From an uncultured Candidatus Saccharibacteria bacterium (GTDB taxonomy: Bacteria > Patescibacteriota > Minisyncoccia > Phycocordibacterales > UBA9973), in contig CAYYSI010000001.1 in assembly GCA_964474435.1 (NCBI GenBank), positions 190,647 to 254,646 of the forward strand: a DNA stretch of 64,000 bases. Reading direction: 5' to 3'. Positions 49,007-58,904 of this stretch are shown one piece after another (position 1 is the first letter of the stretch; every line of letters begins with the position of its first letter). A program made the translations under genes and the position numbers. Below the pieces are notes generated by a model, which was not told the origin of the DNA, made no database searches, and saw only the letters and a program-made list of their open reading frames with translations.

Positions 49007-50677
49007 CTACTCGGTCAAAAGCCCAGGTGTATCAGCGAATAGTTGTACGACCGGCTTGAATGCGTTGCTTGCGCCACTCGATACTTTGGGGCCATTTTCC
49101 ATGAGCACGGTGAATGCATAGCGAGGGTTTTCGTACGGGAAGAATCCGATCGCCCATGAGTTGACGCGAGTGTTGTTTTTGATCTGCGCAGTACCGGTCT
49201 TTGCGGCGACATGGATAGTCGGGTTGTTGAGCGATTGCGCCGTACCCTCAGTCACCACCATGCGCATGCCGGCATAGACCGTGTCGTATTGCGATGTACT
49301 AAACGGAAGCTTTGCGGTGGGCAATGTACTGTCAGTGACAATCGTGGGGGTGACGAGCGTGCCGCGTGACGCAATGCTTGCTACTGCACGCAACATTTGG
49401 ATGGGAGTAACCTGAAATCCATATTGTCCAATGGACGTGTTGTACGTGTCTCCGATGCGCCAAGGGTCACCAGGGAAATGTTTTTGCTTCCATGCAATAC
49501 TTGGGATAGTACCTTCGAGCTCGCTTGCGACATTGGTGCCTGTTTTCTTGCCGATGCCAAACATGCCGATGTATTTTTCGATGTTTGCAATGCCGAGACC
49601 TTTTTGGTCACCAAACCCGCCTCCTATTTCATAAAAGTAGACGTTGGACGATACTGCGATCGCCTTTTTCATATCGACTGCACCGTGGTCTGCATTGTCT
49701 CTAAATATAGTGAAGTTGTTTGGGTTGTATGGATTGGGAATGCGCAGTGAGCCAGTCGTGTAGAGCACTTTTTCTGGAGTGATGACACCTTCTTGGAGTG
49801 CTGCGAGTGCAAGGAATGGTTTGACGATAGATCCGGGTGTGTAGAGACCATCGGTCATGCGATTGAGAAACGGCCTGCTCTCGCTATGGAGATAGCCGTT
49901 GATCGTCGCATGGTCACTTCCGTCCGAGAGAATGTGCTGGTTGTATTCGGGATATGTCGTCACTGCGAGGAGCTCGCCCGTGTGCACATCCATGACTGCG
50001 CCTGCGCCACCGATGTAGCCCGACTGTTCTGCAAGTCCTTTGATCCCCTGCGCAAGCGCTTCTTGGACACGTGCATCGATCGTGAGAGTGAGGTTGTCAC
50101 CTTGGAGTGGTGCTTCGATCGTATTTTCTGCAGTGACATTGCCTGCGACATCGGTCTCGATCAGATTGGTGCCGTTGGTGCCGGCAAGCGAATCATTGAA
50201 TACTTGCTCCACGCCGTCCTTGCCCACGGTTTGCGGCTGCCAAAATCTCCCACTCTTGTCCTTGGTTGGGTATGAGACATAGCCGAGGATGTTGGCAAAG
50301 CCGGGCTGCTCTATATAGGTGCGGATTGTGGGGCCGTTGTCAGGAGCGATGGTGTTCCATGCGAGCTCGACGCCATTCTTGTCATAGACAACTCCACGAT
50401 CGGCAATGATGGGTGTATGGTCAAGTCTGTTTTGCTCAGCCTTTACGACATAATAGTCATTGCGTCCGATTTGCAAATACGCGAGCCGTCCACCGAAACA
50501 CACTGCAACGACGACCATCACGACAAACAATGTTGCAAGTGATGTCTTTTTGATAGGACGCTCAAGTCGCCCTTCAAACTGCTGCCGATCAAATGCGGGC
50601 AGATTGTGCACGTCCAGCAGTATTTCATCCGGATGCAGCTCGACGATTCGTTTTTTCTTATTTCGAAATCCAATCAT
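49007..50677 (-). CDS. mrdA: Penicillin-binding protein 2 (elongasome transpeptidase)
   Basis: SxxK (GSIVKPF) and KTGTAQ motifs. Located downstream of mreD. Confidence 0.85.
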   Translation of the reverse strand: MIGFRNKKKRIVELHPDEILLDVHNLPAFDRQQFEGRLERPIKKTSLATLFVVMVVVAVCFGGRLAYLQIGRNDYYVVKAEQNRLDHTPIIADRGVVYDKNGVELAWNTIAPDNGPTIRTYIEQPGFANILGYVSYPTKDKSGRFWQPQTVGKDGVEQVFNDSLAGTNGTNLIETDVAGNVTAENTIEAPLQGDNLTLTIDARVQEALAQGIKGLAEQSGYIGGAGAVMDVHTGELLAVTTYPEYNQHILSDGSDHATINGYLHSESRPFLNRMTDGLYTPGSIVKPFLALAALQEGVITPEKVLYTTGSLRIPNPYNPNNFTIFRDNADHGAVDMKKAIAVSSNVYFYEIGGGFGDQKGLGIANIEKYIGMFGIGKKTGTNVASELEGTIPSIAWKQKHFPGDPWRIGDTYNTSIGQYGFQVTPIQMLRAVASIASRGTLVTPTIVTDSTLPTAKLPFSTSQYDTVYAGMRMVVTEGTAQSLNNPTIHVAAKTGTAQIKNNTRVNSWAIGFFPYENPRYAFTVLMENGPKVSSGASNAFKPVVQLFADTPGLLTE

Positions 50678-50939
50678 ACTGTGTCCCTAGTCGGGTCTGT
50701 GTCGCCACAATATACCAAATAACCAATAGTGCTGCTACGACCATCGTCACCTTGAAATGCCCTACAGAGAGCGTGCTCGTCGGAGCATACAGCGCATCAG
50801 CAAATACTGCCGGCACGATGAGGAGCGTCCGATATCTCACAACCAAAACCGCGACTACAAACAACCCAATCTGTACCCATAGAGGTAACCAGAGTATAGA
50901 AATGATGAGTAGTATGAGTGCGATAATGGTCCGGATCAT
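50658..50939 (-). CDS. mreD: Rod shape-determining protein MreD-like (short)
   Basis: 93-aa polytopic membrane protein immediately upstream of mrdA. Confidence 0.45.
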   Translation of the reverse strand: MIRTIIALILLIISILWLPLWVQIGLFVVAVLVVRYRTLLIVPAVFADALYAPTSTLSVGHFKVTMVVAALLVIWYIVATQTRLGTQYDWISK

Positions 50940-51002
50940 GAGGTGATTTTAGCATATAAAAAACCCGCTTAGATAAGCGGGTTTAAAAGAACATATTTAA
51001 TA

Positions 51003-51812
51003 CTATCCTACTTCATTTGCTTCGTCGTACTCAGTATAGGCACTCTCTTTATAAGAGTACGTCCATGCAAAACAACTGATTAATAGCCCCAAAGCTGGTA
51101 CAAGGAGAAGAGATCCTAATTCGATAACATTTTGTGAAAACACTGGAGTGTTACAGGTATCAATATTAAGAGTTGCAATCAAAACTACAGCTAATAATAT
51201 CCCCATAAGAAAACCAACATCCCAATCAAACACCTTATCGATTATATTGGAAATAACAATAGATATCCCGATCACTTCAAGTAACGCTATACCAACTCGA
51301 ATCCATTGATCTGTAAATAAGGATGGTCGTATTATCAATCCAACAATTATAGCTGCGCTTAAAAAAAGTAGCCATTTATATTTCTTCCTTTTGAAGGCAG
51401 CAATATAAAAACAAATAAATGCTGCATTGAATATCAGAAACAAAATATTCATTTTCCAGGAAAATCTCTCATTTTCAGAAATAAAAATAGTTGGTTCAGG
51501 TTTTTGTTTCTGCTCCCGGTTAATCAGATATATTTCGCTCTTTTCTCTATAATATACAAAAGGTCCATGGAAAGCGTATTCATCAGAGTACGCTTTTTCA
51601 GTTCCCTTAATACTTTTTCCTTCTACTAGGATCTCTTTAATTTGATCATTAGTAAGACCCATGTCTCTGTACCAAAGAGGGATCGAGATAGTTTTTCCAG
51701 AACATAGGGTTTGTTTTAGCTGAGAGTTCTGTATGTCAACCGTCCAACAATCTTGCGTGTACCCATATGCAATACTAAAGATTGCTACTAAGGCAATTAT
51801 AATTTTTTTCAT
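51003..51812 (-). CDS. Hypothetical membrane protein with a signal peptide (269 aa)
   Basis: AT-rich ORF with an N-terminal signal and C-terminal TM helices. Confidence 0.4.
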   Translation of the reverse strand: MKKIIIALVAIFSIAYGYTQDCWTVDIQNSQLKQTLCSGKTISIPLWYRDMGLTNDQIKEILVEGKSIKGTEKAYSDEYAFHGPFVYYREKSEIYLINREQKQKPEPTIFISENERFSWKMNILFLIFNAAFICFYIAAFKRKKYKWLLFLSAAIIVGLIIRPSLFTDQWIRVGIALLEVIGISIVISNIIDKVFDWDVGFLMGILLAVVLIATLNIDTCNTPVFSQNVIELGSLLLVPALGLLISCFAWTYSYKESAYTEYDEANEVG

Positions 51813-51876
51813 TGTAAATGTTTTTAGTTTTTCAAAACATTACCAGAAAATATTTTATTGTCAATACTATGCTTTC

Positions 51877-52632
51877 TTATGCAAACCGTCTGATGATGAA
51901 CCGAATGACGAAAAATGCGAGGAGTATTGAGACGATATAGAAGAGTGCCTTGTGGGCAAAGAATGACTCGCCTGCAGTTGCGTAGATAAAGACGACGTAT
52001 CGTGTCGTGTTTCGGTCTTCGACTTGGGTTGCAGGTGCGGTCTGACCTGGAGCTACGGTCGTTTCGGTGCGGATGAGTGAGCTGACTTGGTCGATCGTCA
52101 CACCTCCGAGTTCTTGGCGTACCTTTGTCTTGAGTGCAGTGAAATACGCAAGGTTTTTAAGGCGGAAGTTTTCGATATAATTGAGGCCCTTGCCGATGAA
52201 TCCTTTGACGGCGACCTTGGGCATTTCGAGTGCTGGCGCAACAGTGACTGTACCGATAGTTGCCTTCAGCGATACAATTTCTTTTTTATTTTTATCAACT
52301 GCTTTGGTGATTGCGACACTCACAGGCGTGCTTGCTTTTGGCATGGTCCACTGGATCGATACGGCTTGCTGCGTATATCCTGCAACAGTTGTAGTTTTGG
52401 TATCGATCACTTTTTCATTTGCAACAAATGAGAGCGTGTACGTGATCGGATCTTTTGTCGTATTTTTCAAGTTCGCATAAATGAGGATCGGATCCCCAAT
52501 TTTTGCAGCAAGCTCTTCCCCGCTCGCAGTCGGCACTGACGTGAACCAGACTGATTGATTTGCTTCAAGTGCGTGTGCACTAGTTGGAATAAAGAGTGCA
52601 AGTGCGAGAAATAGTGCAAGAATTTTTTTCAT
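51877..52632 (-). CDS. Secreted hypothetical protein with a C-terminal TM anchor
   Basis: Signal peptide, a Thr/Val-rich beta-like region, and a C-terminal hydrophobic helix. Confidence 0.4.
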   Translation of the reverse strand: MKKILALFLALALFIPTSAHALEANQSVWFTSVPTASGEELAAKIGDPILIYANLKNTTKDPITYTLSFVANEKVIDTKTTTVAGYTQQAVSIQWTMPKASTPVSVAITKAVDKNKKEIVSLKATIGTVTVAPALEMPKVAVKGFIGKGLNYIENFRLKNLAYFTALKTKVRQELGGVTIDQVSSLIRTETTVAPGQTAPATQVEDRNTTRYVVFIYATAGESFFAHKALFYIVSILLAFFVIRFIIRRFA

Positions 52633-52633
52633 A

Positions 52634-53362
52634 TTATTTGAGACTAAATGAGGCCTTAACAGTCACTGTGATTTGTTTTTCAATCTGGGACGTATCATAG
52701 CTACCATAGTCAGAGACATCGGTAGAATTGCGAGATTGTACCTGGACAACACCGCTGGTCGCACTTTTGAGTGATCCTACGCCGCGACCAGTATTTTTGG
52801 CGAGCTCGGTGGCGCGAGCCTTGGCATCGTCGATCGCCTGTGAGAGAAGCTGGATGCGTGCTTCGGGAAGTTTGGAATAGTAGTACTCGAGCGAGAGACT
52901 TGAGAAAATAACGCCTTGGTTAATGATGGATGAGAGGTTGTTTGACGCTTTAGTCATTTTTTCAACATCGCTTGATTGGACAGTGAATGTCTGGGTAAGG
53001 TTGTAAAGCTTTTCTGCAACTTGGTTCTGTTGATAGATTTCGTTCATTGATACAGGGGTGACTGAGAGCTCAGTTTCAGTAATACCTTGTGCAAGGAGAA
53101 ATGCCTTTGCTTTTGCGGTATCACTTGCGATTTGGCTGTACCCAGACTGCAGCCCGCTCTCACGCACTGTACGAGAGACTTGTGTTGTCCACTTTGCTTC
53201 GTCCGCGGTGACTTCCATCTTTGCTGATCCTGTGACTGCAACGACGTCACTAAATGATCGCAAATGAAAGATCGTCATCATACTAATACCAACCGCAACG
53301 ATAAAACTTGCGCCAAGAATGATACCAAGTGTGACGAGTGGATGTAGTTTTTTATTTTCCAT
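52634..53362 (-). CDS. SIMPL (DUF541) domain protein
   Basis: N-terminal TM helix and the SIMPL pattern. Confidence 0.6.
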   Translation of the reverse strand: MENKKLHPLVTLGIILGASFIVAVGISMMTIFHLRSFSDVVAVTGSAKMEVTADEAKWTTQVSRTVRESGLQSGYSQIASDTAKAKAFLLAQGITETELSVTPVSMNEIYQQNQVAEKLYNLTQTFTVQSSDVEKMTKASNNLSSIINQGVIFSSLSLEYYYSKLPEARIQLLSQAIDDAKARATELAKNTGRGVGSLKSATSGVVQVQSRNSTDVSDYGSYDTSQIEKQITVTVKASFSLK

Positions 53363-53631
53363 TATTTCAGTATAGCACCTTCACTAATAAGGAGTTTGCG
53401 TTTTGCAGAGGGGCCTCCACGATTGTATTCCCCTATTTTTCCATCACTGCGGATCACGCGATGACATGGGACTGTGGGATCATAGTTCTCTTTCATAATC
53501 CCACCCACTGCCCGCGCAGCTCCTGCATGCCCAGCGGCCTTGGCCACAGCACCATAGGTCATCATTTGTCCTTTCGGGATCTTGCGTACGACCGCTCGTA
53601 CCTTGTCTGCGAATGAGATTTCTTTTTTCAT
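53362..53631 (-). CDS. MGMT-family (methylated-DNA-protein-cysteine methyltransferase DNA-binding domain) protein
   Basis: PCHRVI active-site motif. Start trimmed to MKKEISF. Confidence 0.7.
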   Translation of the reverse strand: MKKEISFADKVRAVVRKIPKGQMMTYGAVAKAAGHAGAARAVGGIMKENYDPTVPCHRVIRSDGKIGEYNRGGPSAKRKLLISEGAILK

Positions 53632-53694
53632 AGTTGTAGTATAGCAAATGAAAAAGCCTGTCACACACATGACAAGCTTTTTAACAACTTAGAA

Positions 53695-54015
53695 TTATTT
53701 CGTTTTTACAATCTTGAACACCATTGGAGGTTTCTGTGCAAATGTCACCTTCAAAAAATACAGCCCTGATGCAAACCCTTTCATGTTTATAGACCTTGTC
53801 CCGGAAACATATCCACTGTTTCCAATGGGATACCCTTTTGCATCGCAGAGTTGGACAGCAAATTCGTGAGGTGTGTTTGGATAAAGATTTAAAAGTTCCT
53901 GGGTCGGATTTGGCCCAACTTTCATACACACTGTATCAGCAGGGATAGTAGCCGCAAAAACGAATTCTGTGCACACAATGAGTATGCAGAGAAAAAAGAG
54001 CGTAAACTTTTTCAT
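53695..54015 (-). CDS. Small secreted protein with a C-terminal sorting-tail-like segment
   Basis: Signal peptide. C-terminus GLYFLKVTF...KIVKTK resembles Por/T9SS-type C-terminal target domains. Confidence 0.35.
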   Translation of the reverse strand: MKKFTLFFLCILIVCTEFVFAATIPADTVCMKVGPNPTQELLNLYPNTPHEFAVQLCDAKGYPIGNSGYVSGTRSINMKGFASGLYFLKVTFAQKPPMVFKIVKTK

Positions 54016-54093
54016 GACGATTTTGATTTAGAGTGAAGGAAAATAATTACTTTCTTTAACTATAGATCTGGTGATACGAGAAGTCAACGAAAC

Positions 54094-54414
54094 CTATTTG
54101 ATGACTGGGTGCGGGACGTTGATGACTTCCTTAAAGAATGTTACAAATACAGTATTTTTGCCTTCCGTCACAAAGTCACCGTTGAGTGAGCAGGTATATG
54201 CAACGGTCTCTCGGTAGCCAAACGGGATCTTTTCAAGACTGGTTGTTTCGATCGAGAGATTGCAGCCTTCTTGGAGCTTTTGCTGGTTTTCATACACACG
54301 TGCATAGATGAGTTGCTTCGCCTCAGTCATTTCAAACCATGGGCACCATGCGAGAACGACGAGCCCTACAAATATGAGAAATAAAAATCCTTTCATAGGG
54401 TAAGTATAGCGCAT
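54094..54414 (-). CDS. Hypothetical small membrane protein (106 aa)
   Basis: ORF with an N-terminal TM helix. Confidence 0.35.
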   Translation of the reverse strand: MRYTYPMKGFLFLIFVGLVVLAWCPWFEMTEAKQLIYARVYENQQKLQEGCNLSIETTSLEKIPFGYRETVAYTCSLNGDFVTEGKNTVFVTFFKEVINVPHPVIK

Positions 54415-54419
54415 CTACA

Positions 54420-54665
54420 AAATAGCAACAGCTTTTTATTGTGGTCAGGGATTACTAAATCTAGGACCCTAGGAATTCGCCCGCGAGTCAAAGTCTGCGG
54501 ACTTTGCTCTGATAAATAGGTTTTTTGTTGTGGTCAGGGATATTTTGCTCGTCAGTCACTCACAAAATTCCACGACCCTGCCTCGATCGTTTTGCCTGCT
54601 GGCAAAACATATCTCCGGCTTCCCCATGTAAGAAAAAACCACGAGCAGTCGTGGTTTTTTCTTCA
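54420..54665 (+). ncRNA. Candidate small structured RNA / repeat-containing non-coding element ending in a rho-independent terminator
   Basis: Two copies of TTGTGGTCAGGGA (54439, 54519). Hairpins CAAAGTC-TGCG-GACTTTG and GTTTTGCC-TGCT-GGCAAAAC. Terminator AACCACGAG-CAG-TCGTGGTT plus T-run at 54632-54663. No plausible ORF. Confidence 0.35.
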
Positions 54666-54814
54666 TGTGGACTTGGGAACTCATTTCTGGAACCGATTTG
54701 CTACAGAATGTGATTACTTAATGATGATTATGCGAGAATATAACGCTGATAAGATAAAATAAAAAGGACCCATCACGAATGACAGGTCCTTGAGATAATT
54801 TGTTGCTAAAAATA

Positions 54815-54850
54815 GAAAACCCACCGAAGTAGATTTTCTACTGGGTGGGT
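54815..54850 (-). terminator. Rho-independent terminator for the 163-aa gene
   Basis: CCCACC...GGTGGG extended hairpin followed by a U-run on the minus strand. Confidence 0.6.
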
Positions 54851-54857
54851 TAAATGA

Positions 54858-55349
54858 TTAAGCCCAAGAACCATTTCCTGTTGAAGTTAAAAGAGCAATT
54901 CTATCTGACTCAACTTGCATTGCTTCCTCATAAGAATTGTCCAAACAATCAGTGTTTTCCATATTTACTCTATAGATACACACATCATCGTTTTCAACAA
55001 CATAATTGTCATAAAAGTCTTGATACTTTCTTTTGTTTATTACAATGATGTGAGATGGTTTTGTAAGATAATCTTTATAAATTGCTTTGTATAAATTATC
55101 TTCATTTTCAATGTTCACATCACGAATACCCAATTCAATGCTCCAAACTTTATACTGAACAGAAAGTGTAATTTTCCCTGTCTCCGTATCCTCTGGTTCA
55201 TAATGAGGGATTTCTAAACTCCCATTATCTTGCATAAATCTTACAGTTCTTTCAAACTGATAATTTGCACCAGATTGAACGTCTCCTTTTTGTTCAGCCT
55301 TAAAAATGCGTGAAAGTGCTGACTTTCCAATTTGCGAAATAGTTTTCAT
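54858..55349 (-). CDS. Hypothetical protein (163 aa), first gene of the low-GC island
   Basis: ORF only. ~32% GC. Confidence 0.4.
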   Translation of the reverse strand: MKTISQIGKSALSRIFKAEQKGDVQSGANYQFERTVRFMQDNGSLEIPHYEPEDTETGKITLSVQYKVWSIELGIRDVNIENEDNLYKAIYKDYLTKPSHIIVINKRKYQDFYDNYVVENDDVCIYRVNMENTDCLDNSYEEAMQVESDRIALLTSTGNGSWA

Positions 55350-55485
55350 TTTTCAAAGAATTATACCGCAACGTGCGATGCCGAAATAATTTGTTTCCTT
55401 TGTGGCATTCAGGGAGTTTCTCCATTCACCCCATATCTACTAATCAAGGAAGTAGAATAACCTTATGGGTAGTATAGCACAATCG

Positions 55486-55520
55486 CTTGACAATGTCAAG
55501 TATTTGTGATACACTATTCC
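55486..55520 (+). promoter_or_regulatory. Putative promoter/operator: perfect palindrome CTTGACA-a-TGTCAAG overlapping a -35-like TTGACA, followed by TACACT
   Basis: Seen directly in the sequence, upstream of the 92-aa ORF. Confidence 0.35.
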
Positions 55521-55599
55521 TAATGGTGCGTTATGCCCGTTCGTATATGAGGGGTCGTAATCCTCAATAGTTCTTCAAAACAATTTAATACTAATCGTT

Positions 55600-55878
55600 A
55601 TGATTATTACTTATCGTATTACCGAAGGTCCGTCAAAGTTTGACTTAATGTCTAGTTTGTTTGATGGAAAAGTTGTTCAGTTTACTCAAGAAATTGAGTC
55701 AAATAAAAAGACAATCAAAGCTACCATTACCGCAATTGAAATGGAAGATGGAAGCCACGACTCTTGGAACATAAAAATGTTAGTAAGGGAAAGCAATACA
55801 ACTTCAATCCAAGTTGGAAGAAGTTTATCGGCTTATTACAGTAGCCGAAACAGACAAGGCAACATCAGGCTGAGTTAA
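55600..55878 (+). CDS. Hypothetical protein (92 aa)
   Basis: ORF only. Confidence 0.35.
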   Translation: MIITYRITEGPSKFDLMSSLFDGKVVQFTQEIESNKKTIKATITAIEMEDGSHDSWNIKMLVRESNTTSIQVGRSLSAYYSSRNRQGNIRLS

Positions 55879-56035
55879 TAATAATTTTTATAACTACTGG
55901 CATCTCTCCAGTAATTGTCATAGACAAGAGAAAATATAACTCAAGACCCTTATCTTTATAGATAAGGGCTTGTTTATTTTTACCCCACACTATGCATCAC
56001 TATTCTTTAGGAGTTTCCCGACATTATAGGAATAT

Positions 56036-56227
56036 CTATTTATCCAGTTTATCACTGTTATCCTTATTGATTTCGGTGATATTTTTGTTTTTTATTTCAT
56101 CTAACCACATATTGAAAAATATATCAGCCGTTTGTTCCATATTGTCTTTAAGTTTGATTATCTGTTCTTCCGTAAGCTCCTTTGCTTCATCTCCCAAACT
56201 ATTTTTGAACTCTTGAAGTGTCATCAT
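56036..56227 (-). CDS. Small hypothetical protein (63 aa) downstream of res
   Basis: ORF only. A second ~53-aa ORF (56197-56357, minus strand) starts with a TAATG overlap on the res stop codon. Confidence 0.3.
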   Translation of the reverse strand: MMTLQEFKNSLGDEAKELTEEQIIKLKDNMEQTADIFFNMWLDEIKNKNITEINKDNSDKLDK

Positions 56228-56356
56228 TTTCTTTTATAGGTTTATTATAATTCTCTGGGTTTTGTTTCCTGTCTTCTTTTAGGAGCCAAGAAAAAACATT
56301 GACGACATTTTGTCTTTCTTCTTCGGTCCAAACCTTAGGTTTTCTTAGGTTGTCCA

Positions 56357-58900
56357 TTAGAGAGTTTTAATCATCTCAAATAGTTCTCTCTGTCTTTCTT
56401 GCAGATGAGCATCAAATACAATCTTGTATTCAAAATCTTTATTTACTTTCTGAAAATCTAAGAAGCCAAGCTCTTTTGCAAACACTTCATTAAATAATGA
56501 TGTGTTAGTTCCATCGTAGCGTGTCTTATTTGCTTCATATTCTGTTTTCTCGGACCCAGATTTTACCTCTACTACTAAGAACCTCCCCTTATCTGTTTCT
56601 ATAAGAAAATCTGGGAAATACTTTGATATACGCTGTTCGGCAGGGTTCCAGTATTCAACATAGAAATCGTTATGTGCATCAGTCGTAATACCACCAGTAA
56701 AATAAACATCTTTAATTATTTCATTTTTATCCAAAAGCTGTCGCATATTCTTGAACAAATCTCGTTCATCACTACTATCAAAATTGTAAGGATTGATATG
56801 AAAACCAATACGGCTAGTAGCTCCGCTTGCTTCTTCTTTTTCTTTGAAGACAACAAGAGCTTTTTTGCCCTCCTCTCTGCTCATCTTGAATGGGTATTCC
56901 TTTGTGAGTTCAATTTCTTCTTCGGTGGTTGTCTCTGTCTCCGTATACTGATAAACAGTCTCAAGAACAGTTTGAATAATAAAAGGCAAGAACCCCACAC
57001 TTGTATTCACTTTATTTACCAGTTCACTCCTAGATAATCCTATATTTTCTGATAATTGTCCTACTGCCAAACAAGATAAATGAGTATAGCGATTTATAAG
57101 TTCTACGATTTCATAGTAGGTGTATGAGTTTGTCTCCTTGAGTTTCTTTGAACCGACTGTGTCTTGCTTGAGCACTGCTTTACCAGAAGCATCCATCACA
57201 AGCTCTGAACCCAAGATATAGTGCTCATATTTTTCTGCTTTGTATTTCTTAATATCAATCTTGATGTCGTTTATATTTCTTGCCTCTGTGGCGATAATAT
57301 CTCGGATAAGTTTTTTTACTTTAATGGTTTTTTTCTTTTCAACTTTGATTTCAAACTCAAAACTCTCTTGCTCTTGATTGTTGATGTCTTGAATACTTGA
57401 GGCAAAGTTATTCTTGAGTTCTTTATCTAGGACCTTATAATTTTCTCGTGATAGGAATATGTGAGCTCGTGTAGAATTGTCTCCAATAGAACGCATACAG
57501 CGGGTGGATGCTTGAAGCACGAAGATTGAACTAGATGGTTTACGATATAAAGCACACGCAACGAGAGAGCGACAGTTCCATCCCTCTGTCCCTTTACCAA
57601 CAAGAAGCACAAATTGCTTTTCACTTTCTATTGTATCCAACATCCGAAACTCATCTTTATTATTTTCAGCTTCGGTGTGATATTCAAGAACTTTATCAAT
57701 CGGTATACCCATCTCGGTAAGAACTCTCTCAATACGGGGCTTGAGTTCGTTTCGTAGATTTTCAATGTTTGGAGCATAAAAAGCCATTTTAGGTAGACGA
57801 CCCTCAAGACGATTTTCTTTATATTCGGACCAAAAAGTAGAGAGAACTTCTTCAATAAAAACATTTGAACGGACCTCTCCGAAATCTAGTATTTTCACTT
57901 GCTTCAAGATACCTTTCTCTATTCCTTGCTTGAGCCCGAAATGGTAAACAACATCATCTATCATTCTATTGTTTATATAAGGCGTTCCTGTAAGGTTTAC
58001 AACGCCCACGAGTGGAGTATTGCCGTGTAAATAATCAATCGTCTGGCGTGTTTTCTTCAATGCACCCTCAAGATTTACACCATAGGAATGGTGGGCTTCA
58101 TCAACAAATATGACAAGGTTATTGAGCTCTCGGATGGCACGGAGACGAGCATTTTCTACTTCACGCTTTGCGAGTTCATTTTTATCACCAAATAGTTTTT
58201 TTACCCCACCATCCGTATCACTATTTCTTGTCTTGAGTATTATCTTTTGTGAGTTTGAGACGATGACATTGTAATTACCAATCGGAGAGAGCCCAGTTTC
58301 AGTGCTCTCTAAATAATGATACTTAATGTTAAGTAAAATGTTTTGATATTCTTTTGGTAGGACCTTTGAGTAATCAAAAGTTTTTATTTCTTTCAAACTT
58401 TCTATAATAGTCGTATCGGGAGCAAACACGAGAGCGTTCTTAGCGAAGCGTTTATCATCAGAATGATAATAAGAAAGCACAAAATCGTATATTAAAAATG
58501 TCGCCATTAAAATGGTTTTACCAGAACCCATCGTCAGTGCATATACTTGGTTCGCATAATTTTGAGCACCAAACTTTTCTTTAATGATTTCGGATATTTG
58601 CTCATCACGATTATTGGCTTCCATAATGTCAGAAATTGTTCTCTCTGGCACACCTAAAGAGCGGAGTAAATCAGATTTCTTTGTGAAAGCATCTTGAAAA
58701 ATCTCGCTTGTTGGTTTATTTTTCAAAATCTCTTTTATGTAGATATAAGTTTCAAGAGCTTCAATTTGTGGTTCGTGTAAAAAGCCGACACGCTTTACAT
58801 AATTCAAAATGTTTACACTCTCTTTGAATGCTTCTTTATAGCCGTTTTCTTTCCACTCGGATACTTTACCTTTTATATTTTCAAGAAATGTATTCTCCAT
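56357..58900 (-). CDS. res: Type III restriction enzyme, Res subunit (SF2 helicase + PD-(D/E)xK nuclease)
   Basis: Walker A TMGSGKT and DEAH-like FVDEAHH. C-terminal PDFLIETD...EVK nuclease motif. 847 aa. Confidence 0.8.
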   Translation of the reverse strand: MENTFLENIKGKVSEWKENGYKEAFKESVNILNYVKRVGFLHEPQIEALETYIYIKEILKNKPTSEIFQDAFTKKSDLLRSLGVPERTISDIMEANNRDEQISEIIKEKFGAQNYANQVYALTMGSGKTILMATFLIYDFVLSYYHSDDKRFAKNALVFAPDTTIIESLKEIKTFDYSKVLPKEYQNILLNIKYHYLESTETGLSPIGNYNVIVSNSQKIILKTRNSDTDGGVKKLFGDKNELAKREVENARLRAIRELNNLVIFVDEAHHSYGVNLEGALKKTRQTIDYLHGNTPLVGVVNLTGTPYINNRMIDDVVYHFGLKQGIEKGILKQVKILDFGEVRSNVFIEEVLSTFWSEYKENRLEGRLPKMAFYAPNIENLRNELKPRIERVLTEMGIPIDKVLEYHTEAENNKDEFRMLDTIESEKQFVLLVGKGTEGWNCRSLVACALYRKPSSSIFVLQASTRCMRSIGDNSTRAHIFLSRENYKVLDKELKNNFASSIQDINNQEQESFEFEIKVEKKKTIKVKKLIRDIIATEARNINDIKIDIKKYKAEKYEHYILGSELVMDASGKAVLKQDTVGSKKLKETNSYTYYEIVELINRYTHLSCLAVGQLSENIGLSRSELVNKVNTSVGFLPFIIQTVLETVYQYTETETTTEEEIELTKEYPFKMSREEGKKALVVFKEKEEASGATSRIGFHINPYNFDSSDERDLFKNMRQLLDKNEIIKDVYFTGGITTDAHNDFYVEYWNPAEQRISKYFPDFLIETDKGRFLVVEVKSGSEKTEYEANKTRYDGTNTSLFNEVFAKELGFLDFQKVNKDFEYKIVFDAHLQERQRELFEMIKTL

Positions 58901-58904
58901 AGCG

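Noticed and set aside
55501-55517. Fourth NrtR-like site (AAGTAT-N7-ACACTAT) in the low-GC island
   Set aside because: Only the right half-site matches. The left half has 2 of 6 mismatches and the context is a foreign island. Probably coincidental.
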